This document shows, piece by piece, positions 46,554 to 56,504 of a stretch of DNA of 64,000 nucleotides. Below the pieces are notes generated by a model. That model was given only the letters and a program-made list of their open reading frames with translations. It had not been told where the DNA came from and searched no databases. The DNA comes from a virus: positions 75,604 through 139,603 of the IMG/VR virus record IMGVR_UViG_3300035698_009252; one strand, 5' to 3'. A program made the position numbers and the translations under genes. The stretch's first letter is position 1. Each line of letters begins with the position of its first letter.

Positions 46554-47293
46554 TCTATGATTTGGTTCCGCTGGTCGTACTTGAACCTTGGCCGGAGCAG
46601 GGGCTCATCGTTCAGGGCCTGTACCATCTCTCTGGCATCGTTGTAATTCACGCGCTCGCCCAGGATAAGGTCACCCATCTCAAACCAGAAGTCCTCGCCC
46701 TGTGAGAATCCAGCATCCTCCAAGGTGCTCCCGACAATCTTCTCGAACCCCGCCACGCGGGCACTTGCCTCCAGGGACCGTTCCTTAACAATCCTGCCAA
46801 TGATGGGTGCCTCGCGGTCTGCGAGCATGGCCACCTTCTCCTTTGGCTTGGCACGGCCCGGCTTGGCACCGAGCAGTTCGTTGACCATCTTCATCATGTT
46901 ATCCATGAGGCCCATGACTTCGCCCGGTGTAACCTGGCCATCACTCTTGATTTGCTCGATTTCCTGGGAGATACCATCCACGATAGATGTCAGGTCATCT
47001 TCTGCCGGTGCGGATTCATCCACTGCCGCGTCCTCGGCTACCTCTTCCTCGGGAGCCTTTTCTTCCGGGGGCGTCTTTTCCTTACCCTTCGGTGGCTTCT
47101 TGTCTTTCTTCGACGGGGCCGCCTTCTCGTCCTCCTTCTTTTTGCCGTTCGTCTTCTCTTTGACTTTCTTGACAACCTTGCCTTTGTCGTTATTGGAAAG
47201 TTTCGCAAAACGCTCAAAAACGGGATTATCCCGAATGGAAGCGAGAAGAATTCTTCCCCATGCCACTCTGCCCTCAATCGCTTCTATATTCAT
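46547..47293 (-). CDS. Hypothetical protein with tag-like segments
   Basis: IEGRVAWGRILLAS; SLEASARVAG. Confidence 0.6.
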   Translation of the reverse strand: MNIEAIEGRVAWGRILLASIRDNPVFERFAKLSNNDKGKVVKKVKEKTNGKKKEDEKAAPSKKDKKPPKGKEKTPPEEKAPEEEVAEDAAVDESAPAEDDLTSIVDGISQEIEQIKSDGQVTPGEVMGLMDNMMKMVNELLGAKPGRAKPKEKVAMLADREAPIIGRIVKERSLEASARVAGFEKIVGSTLEDAGFSQGEDFWFEMGDLILGERVNYNDAREMVQALNDEPLLRPRFKYDQRNQIIEW

Positions 47294-47311
47294 TCCATCC
47301 TCCTAACGGGG

Positions 47312-49273
47312 CTACATTGCCGCCCCGACTTCTTCAACCGCCTGTGATATATCGTCATCCGTCGCGCCCTCGGGCAACTGTTTGGCAATACCTTCGGCCA
47401 CCGATTCAATATCCTCATCGGACAAAGCCGCCGCCGGAGCACCACCTTCTTCAGCCGGGGCACCTTCTTCTCCACTGCCAAAGTCGCCGAAGCCGCCGAA
47501 TTCCCCTTCTTCTCCACCACCCTCACCGCCTCCCTCTTCTTCAGGCTGCTGGTATTCCAGGGCCAGGTACTTGGAAACCTTCTCGACAATGTCGGTCCGC
47601 TCTACAACCGCCCGGCCAATCTCTTCACTGGCCCCCTCGATAATCCGATTGAAGTTGGCATCCTTGACGGTGAACAGGTCTTCCAGCAACTGCGAGTCAA
47701 TCTCGTCCGAGTTGAGGTTGAACAGCTCGTAGATGATATCCACGGGAATACTGCCCTTCTGGTAAAGCTGGAACAGGCTATCGAATACTTCCGCGTTGTC
47801 ACGGATGGTAAGCCGGTTGAAGCCAACCTTCGGATACCAATATTCCTTGATGCCGTTGTCGTCCTCATCGTACCAGTTATGCGCTTCACAAATCGGGAGG
47901 AACAGGCTTTTCTCGATGTAATCCTGAAGCACCATCCTGGTAAGCAGGAACATCGTGTTTAAGATATCCACCGTGATTTTACTGCCACTGAAGGTGCTTT
48001 CACCTGTCAACAGCTCACGAGTAACACCCATCGCCGCAAAAACCTCACGCTCGATACGCTCATACTCGTCGGTGAGGCTGAGCAACCGGTCCTGTGCCCC
48101 TATCTGCTCCCAGGTCACCTCGTAGTTCGTCACGATGGTGTAGTCCGGGTCCAGGTAGCTCAAGTCAATCTGCGTGCGCAAATCATCCAACTCATCCCGC
48201 AGCAAACCAGGAGCCGTAACCATGTTCTTCGGAGTCATGTTACGGGATGCCAAACTGAGCTGGGTATACCGGTAATGCTCCTTTTGAAGCATGGGAACCA
48301 TTACGCGCTCCAGCACGGATGCACCAAGGTCCTGGTAGGGGGATTTCCGCCGGGAAATGTGGTGGACAAAAGAGCCCGTGCTGGGGTCACTGTCCATCAC
48401 AATGCAGTTCTGGTCCTTGACCATCGCCACAATCTCTGGCGGAATCCCTTCCAGAATCTCCCCGGTCATATTCGACCGGTCGCAATCCCCATCGGCACCC
48501 GGAACCATCGAGCCACTACCATCCCCTGTGCCATGCCCAACGTTGTCCCTAATCAGCTTGATGAGCCGTTCGGGGCGATACTCGACACGCTTGTTCTTCT
48601 GGAAGGGGTATTCGAAGACGCCAACTTCCTCGGGTGGCAACATAACGGCCCGAGACCACATCTTCTTTTTATCGTCCCACTCGTGGAACATGTAGACATT
48701 GCCAATCATGTTCCATTCCCAGAGGATGCTCTGGCAGGTCTCAAAGCCGCCAATGACTTCCATCTGGTTGTTAAAGAACCGTAGAATATCGTCACGCTGC
48801 TTCTTCTTGAGCTTCTTCGAAACCTTGGGCATCGTGAGGGTAAGCTTCGACATGGGCAAGTCGGAGAGCAACTCCAAGGCCCGGCCAATGTAAGCGTCAC
48901 TCCTCGCCCAGTATCGATACCAACTATACTTCTCCTTGAGGGTCGTCGGCCAATAGAGGATGCCGCCATTCTGCTCGTTCATCTGAACGAAGTAGCGGGG
49001 AATATCGTAGGTACCACTACGGCCTCCAAGCCCGTAAGCATACGACGTGCGGTACGCCTCAAGCTGATAGCCGGACTGGTAGTACGATGTGTCCTGGGAC
49101 ATATCGAGCATCATCCCAGCCTGCTTGTTCATGCCAAAGCCTCCCGCCCCCATCGCCTTCTTTGCGATACGGCCCTTGACGGGGTCGAGCTTACCTGTGC
49201 GGACTTTTGGTCGTGGCAGCCCTCCCTTGGTTGGGCTGGTCACTGGCGTTCTTTTGAGTTCTTCGTTTGCCAT
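47312..49273 (-). CDS. Portal protein (putative)
   Basis: 653 aa; WNMIGNVYMF, HISRRKSPYQDLGASVLER, AAMGVTRELLTGE; acidic Gly-rich tail; between terminase and protease. Confidence 0.75.
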   Translation of the reverse strand: MANEELKRTPVTSPTKGGLPRPKVRTGKLDPVKGRIAKKAMGAGGFGMNKQAGMMLDMSQDTSYYQSGYQLEAYRTSYAYGLGGRSGTYDIPRYFVQMNEQNGGILYWPTTLKEKYSWYRYWARSDAYIGRALELLSDLPMSKLTLTMPKVSKKLKKKQRDDILRFFNNQMEVIGGFETCQSILWEWNMIGNVYMFHEWDDKKKMWSRAVMLPPEEVGVFEYPFQKNKRVEYRPERLIKLIRDNVGHGTGDGSGSMVPGADGDCDRSNMTGEILEGIPPEIVAMVKDQNCIVMDSDPSTGSFVHHISRRKSPYQDLGASVLERVMVPMLQKEHYRYTQLSLASRNMTPKNMVTAPGLLRDELDDLRTQIDLSYLDPDYTIVTNYEVTWEQIGAQDRLLSLTDEYERIEREVFAAMGVTRELLTGESTFSGSKITVDILNTMFLLTRMVLQDYIEKSLFLPICEAHNWYDEDDNGIKEYWYPKVGFNRLTIRDNAEVFDSLFQLYQKGSIPVDIIYELFNLNSDEIDSQLLEDLFTVKDANFNRIIEGASEEIGRAVVERTDIVEKVSKYLALEYQQPEEEGGGEGGGEEGEFGGFGDFGSGEEGAPAEEGGAPAAALSDEDIESVAEGIAKQLPEGATDDDISQAVEEVGAAM

Positions 49274-49275
49274 GA

Positions 49276-49818
49276 TTATGCCCTACCCATCTTGCTCTCA
49301 GACGCACCACGCTCAAACGCATACAACAATCGCTTAAGCCGGACTGTTCTTGCAGCATTCATACGATGTTTACCCAAAACGCCTTCATGTGTTGCCAGCG
49401 CCTTGTAGAGTCCTCTCACGGAATCTAACGCTGTGTCAATGCCCTTATTCACATCAGTAGCAGCCGTTCGCAGTTCTTTGCTCTCATCTTCGGCCTCTAC
49501 AATCTCCCGGCGTCTGACTGCCGCCCGGTCAAGTTTCTTCGCCTGCCGAACCGTCCGGGCCTTGTCCTGAGCCTTATCCGTCTCTTCCGCGACATCATTA
49601 TCGTACCGCTCCTGGGCCGCCTTCAGCTCCCGCAATAACGGATGGCCTTCGGGCAAACCTGCAAGGTCTCCACCGGACTCTGCCACCAAGGCTTCCGCCT
49701 CACCAGCGAGAGGGTGACCCTCGGGAAGAGCTTCAACCATTTCCCGTATCTCTGCCCGTTTCAACGTGCTCTCTACGGCCCTTACGCCGGAAAGAGAATC
49801 CAATCCTACTTTATTCAT
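49276..49818 (-). CDS. Hypothetical protein
   Basis: Two LPEGHPL repeats; coiled coil. Confidence 0.55.
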   Translation of the reverse strand: MNKVGLDSLSGVRAVESTLKRAEIREMVEALPEGHPLAGEAEALVAESGGDLAGLPEGHPLLRELKAAQERYDNDVAEETDKAQDKARTVRQAKKLDRAAVRRREIVEAEDESKELRTAATDVNKGIDTALDSVRGLYKALATHEGVLGKHRMNAARTVRLKRLLYAFERGASESKMGRA

Positions 49819-49853
49819 ATTTCCCTCCTTTGGAGGATGGCCACACAACGTGG

Positions 49854-50267
49854 TCAATCTTCGACACCTGCTTCTTCTTCCATTGCCTTCAATCGCGTGT
49901 AGTAATCCTTGATTTCTGCCAAGTGGTCTAGGGTAATCCTCACCGCCACGAACATGCAGGACGTGTGCTCCATCTCAATCTCAATGCCCATCGCGAGTTC
50001 CGTCGGGTCTGCATCATCCGCCGTGAACCCTTTCTCATTCGCCCGCCCAGCAAACAAAAACGTCGTGAACAGGGTCGCCAGCCGGTAAGCCGCTGCCTCT
50101 GCCACATGCTTATCCATGCCCTCTTCTTCGGCCCATGCGTGGAAATCGCTGTCACTGGGAGCCGGGTGCTCCTGAAGGAACTTGGCCACCTGCAACGCCA
50201 TGGGGTCAATCCCCATCGTGTCTGCCGCAACCCTGCCCGCAATTTTCTCGAACCTGTTCATTTTCAC
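49854..50267 (-). CDS. DUF5661-like protein with short tag
   Basis: RFEKIAGRVAA; ELAMGIEIEMEHT...DHLAEIKDYYTRLKAME. Confidence 0.7.
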   Translation of the reverse strand: MKMNRFEKIAGRVAADTMGIDPMALQVAKFLQEHPAPSDSDFHAWAEEEGMDKHVAEAAAYRLATLFTTFLFAGRANEKGFTADDADPTELAMGIEIEMEHTSCMFVAVRITLDHLAEIKDYYTRLKAMEEEAGVED

Positions 50268-50878
50268 GCTCCCATCGCTGCAACTGCAATAACGTAATTA
50301 CCTTCCACGACATTCGAATACTTCGCACAGACGAAGCCAGTCCAGCCATGAGCCCCGGATTCCTGCTCACTAGTCAAACGGCCCCGGTTACTGACATACA
50401 GCAAGGCTCCCGACGTATACGTCAGGGCGGCTCCTGTCCCCGGCGTTGTCCGTTCGGCCAAGTCGTTCACCTCGAAAACATAGAATTTGTGGAACCCGGT
50501 TGGCGGCACAACCATTGTCGCAATCCGTGTCCCCTGACGCTGAAGTTGAAAATCCCCATCCAGAGAGAACTTTGCCGATGCATCGAACGATGACCAATCG
50601 GCCTTGTTGGAACCACCATCCCTTTGCCTGGTATCCGTGGTCCACATGTCGCTCAGTTGTTCAACTGGCTGATTATGCTGCGGACCCGTTTTCAGGAACC
50701 CGGCAAGTATGCCCGTTCCATCCGAGAGGTCTACGGTACACATCGCCCCGGAAAAGGTGATATCTATCGCGGCATACTTCACCCATGCGCCGGGCATCCA
50801 GCCATCTGTGGCCAGAACTCCCGTCGGCTCAACTGGTACTTCTTCACCAGCTTTCAATGGATAATAGAGGTCGCCCAT
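50264..50878 (-). CDS. Virion structural protein (decoration-like, putative)
   Basis: YTSGALLYVSNRGRLTSE resembles WAVGNKLYGSAQGMLTNE of 36189-36683. Confidence 0.45.
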   Translation of the reverse strand: MGDLYYPLKAGEEVPVEPTGVLATDGWMPGAWVKYAAIDITFSGAMCTVDLSDGTGILAGFLKTGPQHNQPVEQLSDMWTTDTRQRDGGSNKADWSSFDASAKFSLDGDFQLQRQGTRIATMVVPPTGFHKFYVFEVNDLAERTTPGTGAALTYTSGALLYVSNRGRLTSEQESGAHGWTGFVCAKYSNVVEGNYVIAVAAMGA

Positions 50879-50886
50879 TTTCGCTC

Positions 50887-51966
50887 TCAGTCCCTGTATT
50901 CGATTGGTATCCCTATACTATTGGCAAGAATATCAAATAATTCTCCATGTGGGCTATCAGTTTTTCCGATAAGGGCATGAATCAACTCGTGCCCTACAAC
51001 AGCCTTCCACTTGTCCGCTGTGAAATTCTTCGGGCTGATGGTAATCAGTCCCTTTCCCCGGCCCTCATCCAGGTCCAGGGGAAGATATGACCCGACCTTG
51101 CCTTCCGGGAGGTCCCAGTCATTAATTTGAATCTGTAAGGGGATATACGGAGGCAACGCGCCCTCTACCTCCTCGTAAGCCGCCTCTAGCAAGGGGATTA
51201 CGTCTTTGGAGTAAGCCATCGCCATGCGCCAGTAAGCCCAGTTCTCGACCGCAAGTTGGACGGCAATCCGACTATCTGAGGCATTCTTGATCTTCTTGAC
51301 GGTGCCATTCTTAACGTAGGCTTCCTCGACACCCGGCAAGAGATAATGTTGTTTCAGGGTTGCTTGTTGGTGCCCCACCTTCTCGGCAACGGCTTTCAAA
51401 ACCTCCCTAAATTGTTTTTTTCGTTCGTCGGGGTCCTTCGGGGTCTTGCTGTTCTTCAGCATGTTATAGACCAGGGTGTTGGCGGCATAGCCCCGGATGT
51501 CCTTTGCCGTAACCCCAAACTCCTTCAAGTACCGGTTTACCTGGGGGGCCTTAATGTGCAACCCCTCAGAAGTCACCAGGACCGGTCCATTCTTGTCCTT
51601 ACAGTTCCCTTTGCATGCATTCAAGAGCTTGGCAATTAGCTTATCGGTGAATGTCTTCTCGTGGTCGACCCCGGACTTCCCGGTGTACTTGAACGTAATG
51701 GTGTTGCCGGAAATCGTCATCTGACTCTTCTTGAAGCCCGTTACTCCGACATGCCCGTCCTTGGCAGACGATTCGTTGCCAACCCGCTCTGCCGTCTTAT
51801 CGATGATTGCTACCGCCAAGGCCGTAATCCGCGTTTTCTCGTCATCGGACTTCATGTCCTTGGTGATTTTGCTCCGCAGCTTGTGAATCTGCTGGGCAAG
51901 AGAACGGACGGACTTCGTCTTTTTCTGTCGCCGGGTCTGCTCTTCTGGTGTCATTGGCTTTGGCAT
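50887..51966 (-). CDS. DNA topoisomerase IB catalytic domain fused to an HExxH (SprT-like) domain
   Basis: Catalytic pentad R(VGNE), K(SG), (KDI)R, (VG)H, (QH)Y; C-terminal GHELIHAL...HGELF. Confidence 0.8.
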   Translation of the reverse strand: MPKPMTPEEQTRRQKKTKSVRSLAQQIHKLRSKITKDMKSDDEKTRITALAVAIIDKTAERVGNESSAKDGHVGVTGFKKSQMTISGNTITFKYTGKSGVDHEKTFTDKLIAKLLNACKGNCKDKNGPVLVTSEGLHIKAPQVNRYLKEFGVTAKDIRGYAANTLVYNMLKNSKTPKDPDERKKQFREVLKAVAEKVGHQQATLKQHYLLPGVEEAYVKNGTVKKIKNASDSRIAVQLAVENWAYWRMAMAYSKDVIPLLEAAYEEVEGALPPYIPLQIQINDWDLPEGKVGSYLPLDLDEGRGKGLITISPKNFTADKWKAVVGHELIHALIGKTDSPHGELFDILANSIGIPIEYRD

Positions 51967-53807
51967 TATCGTACCGCTCCTGGCATTTTCCTTCTCGGGG
52001 CACCAAGCCTGGGGTGTTCGCCGTGTTTCTTGAGCCGATCTAACTGGAATGTCTTCATCGTGGTTTGCTTCACTCGGAGTTCGGGCGGTCCCCTGTATGC
52101 ACTTCCGACTCTACCTCCCGAAGCCATACCCCCTGCCCCCGTGACAAGATTCGGATTCTGCTTCTTGAAAGTGGTATAGCAAAGCCAGACGGCCCGCGCA
52201 AAAGCATCAGAGATGTCATCGTGAGCACCACGACGATTCGGAGCCCGGACAATAAGGATATTCTTGCTTCGCTTCTCTCCCTCCAGGGTCAATATCTCCG
52301 GTATCAAGACCGGATGGTCATAAACCCTAAGCAAGCTCTCGGCATAAAGTCGTTTTGTTAGCTCGTAGACTTGGTGGTTCTTCTTGTCGGTAAAATGTTC
52401 CATAACGACCTGTTTGTGGTTCTTGGCTTTCAGCAATTCGGCCAAGGCGTAACCATTGCTCTGGTCGAATACACCCGCCTTCAGGGGGAACCACCTTACC
52501 AACGCCGTTACCTCTCCTACGATATCTGCCATCTTTAGAAGGTCTTGACGTGCGTATTTCCGGCAGTTCTTATAGATACTGTCCTCAAAATCCCACACGT
52601 CAGACGCCCCGGAGAACCAAACATCGGCATAATCAAGGATGATTATTCCCGTTTTCGGGTCCCGGTGAACGATAGCAATAGCCGCACCGTCATTTTTGAA
52701 GCCCAAATCAAGGCCCATGAAGTATTTTATCTGGGGAACCCCCTTTGTGGGAGCTGGGGTATTCACAATGCACCGCCGGAATTCGGCCTCATCATCAACC
52801 CACGCCACTACAGCGTCGCTGAATTCTCCTCCGAACTCACACATAAATGCATTCCGGTCACGCCGCTTGGCTGCTTTCAAGAAGGCAGAGCCGACGTTCT
52901 CCGGGTTGACCATTGCAGAGTACATCTTGAAAGAGAGGGTCGTATCCGTCTCGTGGAAAGATTGCAGCCATCTTGCATAGAAAGCCCCATATTTGGCATA
53001 GGGGGACGAGATGGATATGACCTTGCCATCATTCCCGAAAGAAGCCACAGAGGGCGTCAGGGCCTTGTAGACCTCGCTTCCTGAGAACCTACCCACGTTA
53101 TCCAGGAAGAAAGCCATCTCGTCCATGACCACCACGATAGCATTACGGCCACGAAGAGAGTTTGAGGAGCATCCGCCCGACAGGCAAAGGATACTGGCCT
53201 TTGGCTTTCGGCCCTTCATCGTTAAATCCTCATCGGTTTGGATGTCGAAGTAAGTCATCGTATTATGAATCGAACGGTCCCGCAAATACGGACACGAGGC
53301 TGACTGATTTTGAATCATGTCAAAGACCACAGCCGCCTGGTCATCTGTCGGAGCCACGTTCAGGACGTAAAACTGTGTGCCGGGATTGAACCCATAATGC
53401 TTTACCGGGTCACCCCGCCTTACGAGTTTGTACAACTCGTAATTGGCTATAAAGGCAGCCATTGACGACTTACTTCCCCGCCGCCCAACTGAAAGAACGA
53501 GTTCCTGAAAGTTCTTACCTTCCACCTCGTCTGTGTTACACCGGCCCTCTTCGTACAGCCATCTCAGGAAATCCTTTTCGGTGAAAGTATAGAGAACCTG
53601 GTCATTTGTAAGGTTGTGGACGGGGATATACTCGTCGGTACTATCCAGGGGAAGGGAATAAAAGCACTTCAAAATGAAGCGCTGGGCGGGGAGGAGCCGC
53701 ATGTTGAGGCCCCACGGAGCCTCTACAAACGTAATGATATCCGCAACGTCTTCGTTGCCAGATATGAACCCTTGAGCAAGTTCGGCGAAGATGTTATCTC
53801 GACCCAT
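51966..53807 (-). CDS. terL: Terminase large subunit
   Basis: VGRRGSKS Walker A, VVMDEMAFF Walker B, ISSP, YFMGLDLG and HDDISDA nuclease motifs. Confidence 0.9.
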   Translation of the reverse strand: MGRDNIFAELAQGFISGNEDVADIITFVEAPWGLNMRLLPAQRFILKCFYSLPLDSTDEYIPVHNLTNDQVLYTFTEKDFLRWLYEEGRCNTDEVEGKNFQELVLSVGRRGSKSSMAAFIANYELYKLVRRGDPVKHYGFNPGTQFYVLNVAPTDDQAAVVFDMIQNQSASCPYLRDRSIHNTMTYFDIQTDEDLTMKGRKPKASILCLSGGCSSNSLRGRNAIVVVMDEMAFFLDNVGRFSGSEVYKALTPSVASFGNDGKVISISSPYAKYGAFYARWLQSFHETDTTLSFKMYSAMVNPENVGSAFLKAAKRRDRNAFMCEFGGEFSDAVVAWVDDEAEFRRCIVNTPAPTKGVPQIKYFMGLDLGFKNDGAAIAIVHRDPKTGIIILDYADVWFSGASDVWDFEDSIYKNCRKYARQDLLKMADIVGEVTALVRWFPLKAGVFDQSNGYALAELLKAKNHKQVVMEHFTDKKNHQVYELTKRLYAESLLRVYDHPVLIPEILTLEGEKRSKNILIVRAPNRRGAHDDISDAFARAVWLCYTTFKKQNPNLVTGAGGMASGGRVGSAYRGPPELRVKQTTMKTFQLDRLKKHGEHPRLGAPRRKMPGAVR

Positions 53808-53817
53808 TTCATCGCCC

Positions 53818-54408
53818 CTAAGCCTTAGCTTTTAATCTCTCAAATTCGCCACGAAGTTCTTTCTTCCAAGCCTCGGTCACATCCGCGAAGGTGTGAAAGA
53901 ACAAATCATTCATTTCGGTATCAACGCCCATGTGCGCCAGCGTCTCATGGGCTTTAGCCATAAAGAACTTGAAAACCGTCACCATCGCCGGAGAATCAAC
54001 ATCGATACCGCCTGTCCGTTCAAACACCTGCTTCGCCTGGACAGCTTTGATGGCTTTCTCAAGTGCTTCTGTCCGCTTGAAGGATATAACGGACGAATCC
54101 CGCAAGTCTCCATTCTGCGTCGCCACCAGCTCGTTGCCGAGAAGATGGTCCGTTTCCGTCACCACCTCGTCAATGAGAGCAACCAACAGGTCTTCAATGC
54201 TCTCCTTGCCCGCCTCTCGAAGCCGCTTGATAAGGCTCGGAGCCCCCGCATGGTATTGCCGCACCAACTGGTCACGGAAATGCATCACGTTCGCGGGGAC
54301 GCCACCTATCGGCACCGTAGTGGCCACGGAAGTACCCGGCGCAGCCGGAGGCATTACCTCCACTCCGGCTTCCTTATCCGCCTTCTCAAAATCCGTCTCT
54401 ATTGCCAT
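53818..54408 (-). CDS. Hypothetical protein (positional candidate for small terminase)
   Basis: Helical 196-aa ORF directly upstream of terL. Confidence 0.45.
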   Translation of the reverse strand: MAIETDFEKADKEAGVEVMPPAAPGTSVATTVPIGGVPANVMHFRDQLVRQYHAGAPSLIKRLREAGKESIEDLLVALIDEVVTETDHLLGNELVATQNGDLRDSSVISFKRTEALEKAIKAVQAKQVFERTGGIDVDSPAMVTVFKFFMAKAHETLAHMGVDTEMNDLFFHTFADVTEAWKKELRGEFERLKAKA

Positions 54409-55616
54409 CAGAACTCGACATCAAGTTGACTGGGATGCTGCTTCTGAGCTTCCAGGTCGATTTCGTCCGTTCCTTCGAATTCCCCCGCCAGATGCGGAAG
54501 CATATCCACATCCTCTGGAGACTGGCTCTCCGCCGCCAAGTCGAGTTCGGCAAACATCCCATGCGGATTCACGTCGAGAGTCGACTGGTCGGGCATTTCC
54601 GTCAACTCGGCCACAAGTTCCGAACCTATGTCCATCGGGCCGAGAGTCGTTGACGGTCCGGCACCAGCAACCGTAAAGTCCAGGGCCTTGGATGGGTTGG
54701 TCGGGTCGATATCGATAGGACCCTCGGGTGCCCCTGCAATCTCAACGACCGGCTGGGATGGTTCCAGAATGTGTTCCGAAACATCCACATGCCCTTGATA
54801 CTCGGTTGAGGCCACGGTCTCCCGGTGTGCCTGAATCCACCTGAAAGCTGCCTGGAGGGACTTGAGTCCACCTTCCTTGCGCAGCTTCGTCGTGAGGTTC
54901 TCCGGCAACTCCGTAACGGCCATCAGGTCAATGAGCCCACTCTCCACCTCGGACGGGTCGATATCATCACCAAGAAGGGGGAGTGTCGTAGAGCGACACA
55001 ATGGAATCATCTCGGCCTGGTGGATACGGGAATCGGCCAAGAAGTCGTCTACGGCACTCCCTGAAGATTCAGCATCGCCCAAAAGGGCTCCCTGGGGCTC
55101 TCTGGGCACCGAGTGGGGTGTCCCGCACTCACAGCCCACCACGTACCGGATAAACGCCTTATAGGGCGAATCCTGGGCGACAGCGAGTGCTTCCTTGCAA
55201 TCCTTGTATCCTCTGGCATCAACAGCGATACATCCGACGATTCCTTCGAGTTTGAGCTGTTCGGACAACTCGCTAGAGGCCAACTTTAAGGTTTCAACCG
55301 CAAACTGGCCCCGGAGCGCCCTATTCAGGTCCCGGCCCATAACCCCACGATTCATCATATCGCGGGCGAATACGATGACATCATCCACGATGCCGTCGCC
55401 ATTCGTATCTTGCTCGACTACGCCTGCTGGCTCATCAAGGTCAATTTCGGGGCCACCGCCGCCCCACTGAACTTCCAGCTCGGGCTTTGTGTTGTTCGGG
55501 TTCTTCAGCGCATCCATGTCAAAGAGTTCGTCGTCTTTGACAAGGCCGCCCGGATGCGTCATCCATTCGTGGTCTACAATCGCGGCATCCCGCTTAAACA
55601 TATCTGTGAGGTCCAT
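54408..55616 (-). CDS. Acidic hypothetical protein
   Basis: 402-aa ORF in operon. Confidence 0.6.
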   Translation of the reverse strand: MDLTDMFKRDAAIVDHEWMTHPGGLVKDDELFDMDALKNPNNTKPELEVQWGGGGPEIDLDEPAGVVEQDTNGDGIVDDVIVFARDMMNRGVMGRDLNRALRGQFAVETLKLASSELSEQLKLEGIVGCIAVDARGYKDCKEALAVAQDSPYKAFIRYVVGCECGTPHSVPREPQGALLGDAESSGSAVDDFLADSRIHQAEMIPLCRSTTLPLLGDDIDPSEVESGLIDLMAVTELPENLTTKLRKEGGLKSLQAAFRWIQAHRETVASTEYQGHVDVSEHILEPSQPVVEIAGAPEGPIDIDPTNPSKALDFTVAGAGPSTTLGPMDIGSELVAELTEMPDQSTLDVNPHGMFAELDLAAESQSPEDVDMLPHLAGEFEGTDEIDLEAQKQHPSQLDVEF

Positions 55617-55618
55617 TT

Positions 55619-55879
55619 TTAGCTCTCCTTCATCGCCTCGGCAACTTGTTCATCTGTGAGCACATCATTACCAAACACGGGCTCAATGTGCTTCTTGTCT
55701 TCACTCATCCGCCAAAGGCATCGAGTTGTCTTGTGAATAAGCAGGTCATTCCCGGCTGCTTCAAACATCCCCAAAGCCTTTTTTGTCCTAGGAAGCCGGG
55801 CAACCATCCGCTTCCCATCCAAGGCACAATCGATACCAACCGCACTGTGCCAGGTGAAATTTTCCAGTATGTCCGCCAT
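55619..55879 (-). CDS. Hypothetical protein
   Basis: 86 aa with AGGAGG RBS. Confidence 0.6.
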   Translation of the reverse strand: MADILENFTWHSAVGIDCALDGKRMVARLPRTKKALGMFEAAGNDLLIHKTTRCLWRMSEDKKHIEPVFGNDVLTDEQVAEAMKES

Positions 55880-55891
55880 AGAGACCTCCTA

Positions 55892-55914
55892 CCTTGGGTG
55901 TGAATATCAAAGAA
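55892..55914 (-). promoter_or_regulatory. Putative late promoter heading the terminase-portal operon (TTCTTTGATA-N7-CCAAGG)
   Basis: Motif copy immediately before the RBS of 55879. Confidence 0.65.
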
Positions 55915-55934
55915 TTATCACTCAAACAGGCGTA

Positions 55935-56504
55935 TCAACTTCGCCGGGATGGAGGATAGACGCGCTTTACGATGTTAAGATTCGACTTGATGACTGTGAA
56001 AATCTCATAAGCATCCCACATGGCCCGCTCCTGCATCCGGCGAATGCACTTCGTATATGAGTGCCGCACCCGGACAGGCGAAGTCTTGAGAACGCGGGCT
56101 GTCAAGGTGAAGGAGGAGGTGTAGAACATGAGGGTAAGGATGCCCAGCTCCTCGGGCGTGAAACAGTCCCCATCCCTCTCCCGGCGTAAGAAATCGAGGA
56201 AAATGTCAAAAACTTCCTGTAGGTAGTAGATGAACCGGAGGCGGCGACGGATACGCTTGATGTCGTAAGCAAGGGATGATTGTGTCCGTTGGAGAATCTG
56301 GGTTACGTCCAATTGGCGCTTCCTTGAGACAAAGATAAGGTACAGGATATCTATATCCTTGTCGTTGAGAAACGTAAAAATGGGTTTGAACGTACGAATC
56401 TGGTCGGCGGAAAAATGAGGAAGTGGCCGCGCCCCTTCAACGGCGACGGTACGACTCCTCATGTTTTCGACGCTGTTTCCGACGTATCTTATCACGACTG
56501 ACAA
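55935..56504 (-). CDS. Sigma-factor region-4-like tandem HTH protein
   Basis: LNDKDIDILYL...QLDVTQILQRTQSSLAYDIKRIRRRL and FTPEELGILTL...TARVLKTSPVRVR. Confidence 0.55.
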   Translation of the reverse strand: MSVVIRYVGNSVENMRSRTVAVEGARPLPHFSADQIRTFKPIFTFLNDKDIDILYLIFVSRKRQLDVTQILQRTQSSLAYDIKRIRRRLRFIYYLQEVFDIFLDFLRRERDGDCFTPEELGILTLMFYTSSFTLTARVLKTSPVRVRHSYTKCIRRMQERAMWDAYEIFTVIKSNLNIVKRVYPPSRRS

